64,000 nt of DNA from Antedon mediterranea. Its lineage: Eukaryota; Animalia; Echinodermata. The DNA is taken from the NCBI RefSeq assembly GCF_964355755.1, contig NC_092675.1, positions 20,680,912 to 20,744,911 of the forward strand, written 5' to 3'. A program made the translations under genes and the position numbers. The first letter of the stretch is position 1, and the number at the start of each line of letters is the position of its first letter. A model generated the notes under the pieces. It did no database searches and was not told the DNA's origin. It was given only the letters and a program-made list of their open reading frames with translations. Shown here piece after piece: positions 52,401 to 61,045 of the stretch.

Positions 52401-55201
52401 ATTTGTGATACAATATTTGATCAGCTTTTTGTATGTTTTATAACTGGACAAATATTATGATATTTAAGTTACATAAAGTCTGGCTGTTTAAAATGTTTAG
52501 CCCATGTCATCTGTTTAATACTTTTAAATTTTAAATCAAGCTTTCTAACAATGTTTATATCTTTAGTATAATGACTTGATGAAGAAACAGCGTATCGTGG
52601 AGAATGACAAAACTAAGATCATGGCAACCATAAAGGAACTGGATGAGAAGAAAAATGAGGCTCTAAAGAAAGCATGGGAGCAGGTCAACAAGGTAGTATA
52701 AAGAGTCCTTCATTTACAGCACATCAAATGATTTTCGCCATTGGTCAATGGTTTACATTCAACACTCTAGTAGAATTGTTAAGAAAGACAATAAAATAAA
52801 AAATGACTTCTTGATTTCTTTTCTCTTTTAAGTACTACTATTTGCAATAAGTTCTTTCTAACATTTGTTTACATGTTGTGAAAAATATTCACCGCCTAGG
52901 ACCTACTGAGACCACAATCTAATCATATAATTTTCCTAAATATTTACTATGCCTGGCTTAGCTTTCATTAAAAAGTCACAAAAGAAAGACATAATAAGAT
53001 GAAGAAAATTTGATTTTTATTGAACACTATTTATAAATTATTTCGCTTTGCTTTGACATTTTAACCTGTCATGTAAAACTGTTCAAAGGTCATAACATTT
53101 TGGCTGGAGAGGTCATTGAATTTAACTCTTGCTAAAGTATGAACTCTGCCTAATCTACACAGTTATATTTTTAACTTAATGTATAATCTATTTTTAGGAT
53201 TTTGGTTCAATTTTCTCAACACTGTTACCTGGCACATCAGCAAAGTTGATGCCACAAGAAGGTCATAGTATTCTGGATGGTTTAGAAGTAAAAGTTGCAT
53301 TTGGAGATGTTTGGAAAGAAAGTTTATCTGAACTGAGTGGCGGGCAGAGGTAGCAATATTGTCATTGTATATACTTTAATTTTGTTGAAATTGATTGCAA
53401 TTAGTTGTGTTTTTATATTAGTCTTTTTTAGCCGCTTGTAAATGTGACTCTACAGCTCACTATGTCGGTTGGTCGGTAAACACTAACTCAAATTTGTGCA
53501 CGCGACTGCAGCCATATATATGGCCTTGTTTAAACTTACATCCAATGTCAAAATACAGTTTATTGTCTCTGTTGCATATTAGCCTGCCAGTGGTTTCAAA
53601 GGAGATACATGAAATTACAATACAATCAGTAATAATAATAATGGTAGTTTTATATAGCACCTAATATAATGTTTCTAAAGCGCTTTACGCACAAAAATAA
53701 TCCATAAAATATCCTAAAAGAACAACTTCTTTGGGACACCGCTATTAAGGAATACTATCTTGTGAAAAGAACAAGGGGAAATAATGTTTCGCCAACATAT
53801 TATACTACTTTGTATATAGATTATTCATATATATTTGTTTTTTATGTGATTATTGTATAGATCATTAGTGGCCCTATCGCTGATTTTGTCACTCTTGTTG
53901 TTTAAACCTGCGCCACTGTACATCCTTGATGAGGTAGATGCAGCCTTAGACTTGTCACATACTCAGAACATTGGTCAGATGTTGAGGACTCATTTCAGAC
54001 ATTCACAGGTAATAATAATAATATCCTGGATTTATATAGCGCCTAATGTTGTGGAACCTCTAAACGCTGAACATTATTATCAAACACGTATGGAAACATA
54101 CTTCCATAATGCAGCTAGTAATCAGCGCAAAGTTGTGTATTGATCTAACTGGGTACCCATTTATACACCTGGGTGGAGAGAGGCAAACGTAAGTAAAGTA
54201 TCTTGCCTAAGGATACAAGCAATGCAGCCAGAATTGGATTTGAACCTCGATCTCACGATCAGTAGTCTCAATTTAACTCAACTCAATTAATGTAAGACCT
54301 TTACACCAAAATAATTGTATGTTATGAAGTTGTGTCATTGGGTATCCCAGGTCACTAGACTCCCTGTCAAGATAATGATGATTTGCATAAAAGCACATAT
54401 AATGCTCAACGTTAGAGTAACATATTGTGCAAACAAAATAGGAAGTGGACCCAATAATATAGTAGCATGAAAGAAAGAAAAACTACAGACCAGTGCTATT
54501 GGTATATGGTCTCTAGTTACCCTGTTACTGGTTCTGACAACTTTGTTGAAATTTCTGATACTGTGGACTAGATGTTACACATACAACTTTCATCTCCTCT
54601 AAGAGTCCCTTTGTGTCGAGTGCTTCCACCAAACATTGCTTGTTGGTCTGTTCACATCGAAAAGGGATAAATTGGGCCAGTACAGCAGAGTGACCCCTTA
54701 CTCTTCCAGAAGATACACTGGGTTCTTGTTATCCAAAAGGACTTGTTCTACAACGCCCCTGTCTTGCAACATCAATATTAACCCTTAAACTAAGTTAGCC
54801 AATTATTACTGTTTCTTGATTCTTGTACTGTATTTAGGCAAATTACTGTGATATTACATCACATGCTACTTCTGTATCACAGCAACAATGTAGCATGTGA
54901 CAGTGTATTTACCAAACTCAAATGATACACTGGTAACATGCAGTATTGATATTTTATTTTTCAGTTCATTGTTGTCTCACTTAAAGACGGAATGTTCAAC
55001 AACGCAAATGTACTGTTTAAAACCAAATTTATTGATGGAGTGTCTACAGTTACACGGCATGCTCAGGTCGTACCAACATCGAGAAATGTTTCAAGTAACA
55101 GAACAGGACCACTGTCTAGTACATCAAGAAACAACAAATCAACAAATAAAACTGGGTCAAAGAGGGCAAGAGTGGATCCTTTAGCAGTTCATGGCCAGTA
55201 A
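34490..55201 (+). CDS. SMC2: Structural maintenance of chromosomes protein 2 (condensin subunit), 23 coding exons, 1216 aa
   Basis: All introns are GT-AG and the frame is consistent (exon sum 3651 nt). Exons: 34490-34657, 36976-37125, 37843-38004, 39514-39624, 40082-40297, 41167-41379, 42270-42456, 43245-43420, 44184-44302, 44952-45090, 45400-45546, 45908-46030, 46913-46994, 47225-47360, 48642-48766, 49273-49466, 50138-50281, 50894-51088, 51959-52159, 52567-52692, 53198-53349, 53861-54008, 54965-55201. Motifs: [14 protein letters not shown], Walker [11 protein letters not shown]-loop FLIMQGRI, hinge [13 protein letters not shown], signature LSGGQRS, Walker [13 protein letters not shown]. Confidence 0.97.
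35092..36387. mobile_element. Non-autonomous TIR element with 9-bp TSD (Mutator/MULE-like) in SMC2 intron 1
   Basis: GAGCTGGCC (35083-35091)|GCGT..(T)nCCAGGACGAACGTGGGCAGAA ... TTCTGCCCACGTTCGTCCTGG(A)nCACGC|GAGCTGGCC (36388-36396). Confidence 0.85.
35484..35524. mobile_element. 27-bp palindrome (35491-35517) flanked by 7-bp TSD ATTTAAT; candidate P-superfamily excision footprint
   Basis: ATTTAAT|CAGGGAGATGTAA-T-TTACATCTCCCTG|ATTTAAT. Confidence 0.7.
36691..36758. repeat. Perfect 34-bp tandem duplication
   Basis: TTATTTATTGTTGTTTTATGATAGTCAATCTTGC x2. Confidence 0.95.
37192..37300 (+). mobile_element. Old fragment of the Deu/Nin-domain SINE
   Basis: TCTGGTGGTATAACAAGTCTTCTCAGATAA..CACATCTGGC..CATCTTTCAGAAGAGT resembles 30690-30815. 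Confidence 0.7.
38633..39026. mobile_element. MITE with long (~80-100 bp) imperfect TIRs and TA-rich ends in SMC2 intron 3
   Basis: TATATAGA..GTCACAACGGTAGATGGCGCTGCGTGG..CAACCAAAAATGCGTTCAAC is inverted at 38926-39026. Confidence 0.85.
40793..41113 (-). mobile_element. Full-length tRNA-derived Deu/Nin-like SINE, antisense in SMC2 intron 5
   Basis: Reverse complement is nearly identical to 30606-30914; (TTCAA)n tail at ~40793-40810. Confidence 0.92.
41725..42194. mobile_element. 470-bp TIR element with 3-bp TSD ATT (PIF/Harbinger-related, Pangu-like)
   Basis: ATT|AGGGACTTTAGGAAACACAACGG ... CCGTCATGTTTTGTAAAGTCCCT|ATT; a similar lone end AAT|AGGGACTTT at 8929. Confidence 0.8.
42484..42790 (-). 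mobile_element. 3' end of the RTE-X-like LINE, antisense in SMC2 intron 7
   Basis: Minus strand reads [29 protein letters not shown] and ends in TCCGAAATAAAGAAATGAATGAAATG, the same tail as ~1101 and ~39108. Confidence 0.6.
43524..43726. mobile_element. Tc1/mariner (pogo/Tigger-like) MITE, TSD TA
   Basis: TA|CAGTCAACTTTCCCAATACCGGAC ... GTCTGGTAATGGGAGAATTGACTG|TA. Confidence 0.85.
43798..44142 (+). pseudogene. APE-type endonuclease N-terminal fragment of a non-LTR retrotransposon in SMC2 intron 8
   Basis: Stop-free frame without ATG: ..[68 protein letters not shown].., matching EEP motifs NVNxL, DIxxIxETHL and RxxxxGGGV. Confidence 0.85.
46039..46166. mobile_element. PIF/Harbinger-like MITE family A at position +9 of SMC2 intron 12
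   Basis: GTAAGTTA|GGCCTTGTCTACACTATCAAACT... Confidence 0.85.
46563..46820. mobile_element. Possible hAT/Charlie-like MITE remnant
   Basis: CAGTGTTCCGCAAGC start, repeated CGCGAC(C) subterminal motifs, degenerate GGAACGGCGG end. Confidence 0.45.
47560..48460 (-). mobile_element. 5'-truncated L1/Tx1-clade LINE (ORF2 C-terminus), antisense in SMC2 intron 14
   Basis: ORF 47831-48388 has [35 protein letters not shown] (zf-RVT-like CCHC region), followed by an AT-rich 3' UTR/A-rich end. Confidence 0.88.
49035..49150 (+). mobile_element. Old fragment of the Deu/Nin-domain SINE
   Basis: GATAAGGAC..TCCAGTGTACACCTCTGGCTTGTGTGCACTTAAAATAACC..AGGGGCTACCCCAGTGTA. Confidence 0.75.
49675..50091. mobile_element. 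Two PIF/Harbinger-like MITE family A copies (49675-49804 and 49932-50091)
   Basis: Both have TGTCT(A/G)CACTATCA ends and CATATCACTACCATATTTGGGC subrepeats, in opposite internal orientations. Confidence 0.85.
51180..51326. mobile_element. Small hAT-like MITE
   Basis: CAAGGCCGTAGTAAG ... CTGGCTACGGCCCTG, flanks CAAAC/CAGAC. Confidence 0.55.
51648..51821. mobile_element. PIF/Harbinger-like MITE family A with four 21-bp internal subrepeats
   Basis: TAA|AGCTCTGTCTACACTATCAAACT then (AATATGGTAGTGATATGCCCA)x4. Confidence 0.88.
54011..54270 (-). mobile_element. Second tRNA-derived SINE family (CORE/Meta-like centre, L2-like tail), antisense in SMC2 intron 22
   Basis: Minus strand has B box GGTTCAAATCC, core TGCCTCTCTCCACCCAGGTGTATAAATGGGTACC, tail GGCGCTATATAAATCC..(ATT)n ending at the splice donor; related tail fragment at ~53630-53690. 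Confidence 0.75.
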
Positions 55202-55998
55202 CTTTTTTAGAATGTTATTTTTTTGTACATAAATTTAACATTTAGTAGTATTTTAGTAGTATCTATATAAAGGCAGTGAATATATTATATTTTGAGTAAA
55301 ATAATTAGGTTTGTATACTTCTAAAACTGTCTGTTTGCTTTAGTTAGTGTAAAAAATAAATTTGGGTTCAGTAAAATAGACACTTAAACACAGCTACAAT
55401 GGGAGAATTGTAGTGTCACAGTATCATACAGTATGCTTGCAGTGTATGTACTTGGCGTACACAATTTATATGTAAACTCTAGGCTGTGGATTTATTTTAG
55501 TAATAGGTCTTGCATCTTTAGTTCATAATGCATTTAGTGGAGGCGGGATTAACCACGGAATAATGAATGGGTTTTGTAATGCATCAGTGATTTTGATTCT
55601 GGCCAATGAAGAGTGATGGCAGAATTTATTTAAATTTTAAATTCTATTTCTGCACCAATATCAAGCTGGCTATAGGTTGTTTTAATGTTGCATGCAGTGG
55701 ATAATGATAATTTTGTGATCAAGTTACCTAAGATAAGACAATTATTTAAATGAGGAGAATCTGTAAATAGAATTGTACAAAACATGCTGTAATCTGATTT
55801 ACTGACACAGTTAAGGGATTATTTTGGTAAAGGAATTCAAATAAAGCACTCAGTTCATGTCCATAATTGTTTGCACCAGTTAATGATCACTATTAGAACA
55901 TGATTCATGTAATTAAAATTGTTGTGGATGCTGTAAAAAAATGAACTAGAAAAAAATACCTCACTGAAACAGAATCTGCGTCAAATGTATTCATTGTA

Positions 55999-56112
55999 CA
56001 GTAGAACTTTTGGAACCAACAGAATAGAGGTATTAAAAAAATATATTTCCCTTTATTTATTTCACAGAAAGTGTCCACTGAATAAGGGTGTCACAAACGA
56101 GGGGATCTATTG
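55999..56112. mobile_element. Degenerate Tc1/pogo-like MITE
   Basis: TA|CAGTAGAAC ... GAGGGGATCTATTG|TA; similar remnants at ~25-67 and ~14600-14747. Confidence 0.55.
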
Positions 56113-56500
56113 TATTCATGTCACACAAAAAGAATTGCTTTATTGCAGTATAGTAAAATATCAGATATCAAGCATACATAACTTTTAATAAAAACATTGA
56201 GATTAATATGTACATTGAATTAAATTATTCACAACCATTTTACATACATTAAATTTACACACATTAATTATACTACTTTTTAAATATGATTTAATAGCAA
56301 GCACCTTTTACTATAGTATTATTAAAACTCTTAAATGTAATTTTTACTCATTGATAAAATAATGTACCAAGGGTGTGGGCGAGTTTTGGTATAGGGAGGT
56401 TCACATCTGAAGAGAGAACAATGACAATGCAGTGTTAGCTTGGGTAGAATTCTTCCCCCTAGCGTATACCCTTGTGTACGTCATTAAGCGTCCCATTTCT

Positions 56501-59500
56501 TTAAGCGTCCCATTTCTTTAAGCCTTGATGGCACTCTCTACTACGTGTACCCCTCCTCAACCTTGTCTGCTCATCTCCAGTAACAGACTGATGCAATGCG
56601 TGAAATTTCCAAGCAAAGGCCATCTTCGAAACCTGAAATTTAGAAAACGAATCATGATTTCATCTCCTTTTCTGTCCACATGCGCAGACCTCCATAACTA
56701 GCTAGTGTTCTAGTATACAACATCTAGGACGTTCAAGCTTTGTATTGGGGTCCGCTTTAGGCAATATTTATACTGTATAATGTTTCACTTACTGGTATGA
56801 AGTTATTCTTATCATTGTTTTGTTCAAGTTCTGTAAGTTCATCAGGTGATAACAGTGAAAGTCGTATGTGTTGGACAACGTTTTTAGCTATAAGTTCTGC
56901 TGACTTGCTTAGCACAGCCTGCAGAATAGAAGTTCATTACCGGAATAATAATAAACTAAAAAAATAATTGGTCAGATGTTTGCCCTACTCTTGACATAAT
57001 TTGTACTTCATACTAAGTACACTGAGAATACTTCCGAAAAAAATAAATAAATATAGATATCATAAATATAAACAGATTACCAATTTTCTGAAGTTCTTAC
57101 TATATAGGGGAAAGCATTAAACAGATTTAGATTTACACCCCCCCCCCTCTCCCTCACTGTTGAAAGGTTAAAAAAAGCGGCTAATACTATAAGCAATATT
57201 TTGTTAGGGAAGTACAGTACCTCCTATTCAGTCTTCTTTAACCTTATCCTAGATCTGTCCCTGTTACATGCATTTTGTAGGTCACAAAAGTATATATAGG
57301 AGAAAGAATGTTGTTGAAAAGTGTTTAATATTGTTAAAAATCTCGTCTTTATTTGCGACTAGCTGATACAGTTAATTTTTACATCAGGCAAGGGTTAAAA
57401 AATCCCTCTGCCTCTCTAACTTACAGAATTAATTTTTGCCCATTCTTTCACTGCTTGTAGTATGTTCAGCTCATCCATCAACAAACGATTGCTTTTTAAT
57501 ATTTCAATAATAGCTGATTCTGACATTTCTAGAAATCCTTGCGTTTTAAACACATTCTATTCAAACAAAAACAAAGGAGGTAAATATATAGTATATTGGT
57601 GATGTGATGTGATGTAAGTCTTGAAATGTCCAGGAGAAACACTAACATATATTATTATAGACGGTAAAAAGTAGATAGCAAAAGCAGTTTAGCTGTCAAA
57701 AAGAGGGAGCATGCCACAAGTGCAACTGCCCCTGTGGTGTGAATTAAAAGTATATTTCAACAAATAAAACATCTGTGTACTATATCATTTTTACACACAG
57801 TATTGTAAATTGATAAATAAATTTAAATACAAACGAAAAATTTGTAAATGAAAAAATATGCTAAAAGTCATAACTACATTTATTATTTCTAATTCCTTTA
57901 AAGGGTTGTCTACACTATCAAACATTATGTGACAAAAAAATGTGATGTGCCCATATATGGACATGATGACATCATATCATTACCATATTTGGGCACATCA
58001 CACAAACTAGTTTTATAGTGTAGACAGAACTTTACCTCAGTGTTATCTTCAATATAACTGATTGCTTTAAGTTGCAAGTCGGATTGTCCATAGGTAACGG
58101 CTGCCTGCATGGATTCACAAGCATTCTGCAAGTTTATATTCTCAACAAGAAACTTTATACAAAGATGTTTAAGCTCATCCAAACCGTATTCGATAGAGGC
58201 TGCTAATAGATCAACAGCCTGGACAAAACACAAACAACTATTTTAGCTTTTCCATTTAGATTAAAGCTTGGTTCACACTGAGCCTGATTTTGTTTTGGGC
58301 TATGTCACGTTTTGTACAGAATGAGTTATTCAGGATCAGTGTGAATGTAGCTTAAAGCTATGTCTACACTATCGAAATAGTTTGACAAAAAAAAGTATGA
58401 TGTGCCCAAATATGGTAATGATATGCTTAAATATGGTAGTGATATGACAACATCATGTCCATATATGAACACATCACATTTTTTGTCATATAAAGTTTCA
58501 TAGTGTAGTCAGAGCTTAAGGCCTTTTAAATAAACATCAGGAATGGTTGAAAAAATTTAAATAGTGACCAGTAACAAGTGAGTGGGGTGGTTCCACAGGG
58601 CAGTGTAATTGGACCGATACTATTTATAATAATCATTTACAGTACCTGAAGTGGTTGATTGAAAGGTGAAGATTTTAGAGTGGAAACCCTCAACGATCAC
58701 AATACTCTACAAAAGGATTGATGAATTATTTGAGTGGGTGTCATCTTTCCTGTACTGTTCTCAATTAATGCAGGGGTGGATTCAAGGGGGAGCACAGTCT
58801 GCTTGGGCCTCTAAATTTCACAAATTGTAATGCGAAAGACAGTACATAAAATTAGGTTCAGCACTTGATTTCACTACTTTCCCCGCTTTTTCAAAATCCT
58901 GGATCGCCACTGTAATGAATATTTTATGAACCTTTTATTTTTAGTTTCTGTTCACTTTGTTACAATGATACATAGGAAGAATGGGCTGTCTGTTATATGG
59001 GAGACATCCACTTATGAGAGGTATCAAACAAGGAGGTTGTTAAACTGTATAGACCTTTTCAATATTGAATAACATTGTTAAACATTAATTATTTATAAAT
59101 ACTTACAGTTTTAACATTCAAGGTTACACAGTTTGTGTAAAGGAATTCCAGAACAGCTAAAAAAACGTCAGGGTCTACATCCGTCAGCACCAGTGGAGTA
59201 CAAATATCAGAGTGACTATGGTCGGCAAACATTGCACGGAACACCTCACAACGATATGCCAAAAGACAACGATGGGCGAATATAGGTTTCTTTGATTCAC
59301 CGACTAGGAATTTGACATCGCTATAAATAAATTTTGTTTCATTAATTTCTGTGTCTGTTAATTAATATAAAAAAATTGTTAGATACATAATAATCATTAT
59401 AAATATTGGATGAGAGTAGGGGACGAGTGGGGGTTGGGGAGGTGTAGGCGGTTAAGGAGTGTGGCGGGGGTTGGGGAATGTTACTGACTACTGAGGATAC

Positions 59501-59867
59501 TTCCTTGTGAGAGTAGTACTCATTTACAGTGTAGGCCTAAACACACAGACATTTTTTACGTAGTCAAAGTACATCTTAATCCAATTCTGGTTCTAATTTA
59601 TCTCCAACTGTTAGGCCTACAATTCACTGACGGAGAAGCGCAGAGAATCAATATGTTGCCTGTCAATAACCAATCTCAACCTTATTTTTTGTTCGCACCG
59701 TCCGATGTTCAAGTGCTTACGTTTCTACTAGGGCTATAGTCGGATTCATGTAAAAAAACTACAAGTTAAAATTCACATACGAACCTAAATTCACGCTGGT
59801 TTACTAATCGTTTCATATCCTTAGAAAACGATGCAATACTTCCCTCCATAAATCGTTCATTTGCCAT
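56501..59867 (-). CDS. BTBD19: BTB/POZ (BTB-BACK) domain-containing protein 19-like, 6 exons, 289 aa
   Basis: Minus-strand exons 59867-59785, 59320-59107, 58218-58036, 57556-57425, 56918-56793, 56632-56501; all GT-AG, sum 870 nt. Protein: MANERFMEGSIASFSKDMKRLVNQREFSDVKFLVGESKKPIFAHRCLLAYRC..FLAVLEFLYTN..AASIEYGLDELKHLC..AWKFHAL..RLRRGTRSRECH, which matches vertebrate BTBD19 motifs and length as remembered. Confidence 0.9.
57902..58031. mobile_element. PIF/Harbinger-like MITE family A at position +5 of BTBD19 intron 3
   Basis: Minus strand: exon GAG|GTAA|AGTTCTGTCTACACTATAAAACTAG... Confidence 0.85.
58265..58516. mobile_element. Two abutting Harbinger-like MITEs of different families (58265-58352 and 58356-58516) sharing a TAA
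   Basis: TAA|AGCTTGGTTCACACTGA..TCAGTGTGAATGTAGCT|TAA|AGCTATGTCTACACTATC..TAGTGTAGTCAGAGCT|TAA. Confidence 0.85.
58771..58912. mobile_element. 142-bp MITE with 5-bp TSD TAATG (hAT5-like)
   Basis: TAATG|CAGGGGTGGATTCAAG ... CCTGGATCGCCACTG|TAATG. Confidence 0.7.
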
Positions 59868-61045
59868 GACAGTTAATGATACGTACGGTTAGCTCCCGGT
59901 TTAGCTACTATAAACTTACTACTATACTCAGTATTAGTCACCGCCTTCCTAAGTGCAGCAGTGTACTGTTTACTGTTGCTAAGTTTACTTCCTATGAAAC
60001 GTCATTGTTGCATACGGCGACAGCGTTAAAACACCTCTCCCATAAGGTTTTTTTTTGTCGCATATGTCATTCCGTACGTATTTCAACACATTTATAGGCC
60101 GCGGGGTATAACTATAATATATTATCTATTTCTTCTTAAATAGGAAATCGAGTAGCTGTGAGTGAAAAAAATATTTAGGTTACTTTTAAATGTATTTTGG
60201 CCCCCTTTATATTCCATTCATGTTGTTATAATTGTAGGCCTACTTTTTTTGTCTTGTGTGAGTTCACCTCACGTTTATTTAAATTATCAGTGATGAATAT
60301 ATTGTATACATATATGTACATTTGTGACAATTAAAATATCTGTTTAAAAGTAGTTAAAAAATGCAGGCGGTAAAATCCACGATTAAAATCTTTCTTGTTA
60401 AACTATTTTATTTGTGTTCTTATTTTTGTGTTCGAGTACAGTATTTACAAACTTTCAAATTTGTTCACATCCCTGGGGACTGTTTTTACTGTCAAATCCT
60501 CCCCAATGTATCGCCATTGAAGTTGCTATAGGCCTACTCAGAAACATAATTATCCGGCCGACGATTTGAATCATTTCTCTGTTTTACCTTGATATTATAG
60601 TATTTTATTAAACGTTCTTTTAGTCTCAGTGGCTTTGACTTTGATCATAGAAGAACACGTGTTAAATAATGTCCATGTTAATGTGAATTGAAACGAATCG
60701 GAAACAAGCGTGAATACTTTCACATAAAATTAAATTCTACAGTATTATTAGGCTTTATAAGTATTTTAAGAATAACTTCTATATAATGATTATGATTTTC
60801 TCAACAGCCTTTTACAACATTATCGTATTATTAAGTTGCCTTGGTAGGCCTATAATATTATTAATTACCAGGGATTGAATATTTCAATTTTAGCGCGAAA
60901 AAAGTATAAAGTAGTTTTCGGATATTTTCGGATTTGATCGGAAACAGTCGTGTGGCATGGTGTGGCGCATACGAAAAGAAGATAGCGAATGAAAAAACCT
61001 ATTTCGTGTTTCGTTTCGCCACCCACCACCAGGGATCAGCACAAA
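59868..61045. promoter_or_regulatory. Divergent (head-to-head) promoter region of BTBD19 and TNPO1
   Basis: Start codons 1.18 kb apart on opposite strands; locally CpG-rich near both starts; YY1-like CAAAATGGCG spans the TNPO1 ATG; TTTAGCGCGAAA (E2F-like) at ~60889. Confidence 0.7.

Noticed and set aside
60989-61045. Upstream in-frame ATG extending TNPO1 by 19 aa
   Set aside because: ATG 61046 has a strong context (AAAATGG) and is close to the conserved start; the extension is unsupported, though not excluded.
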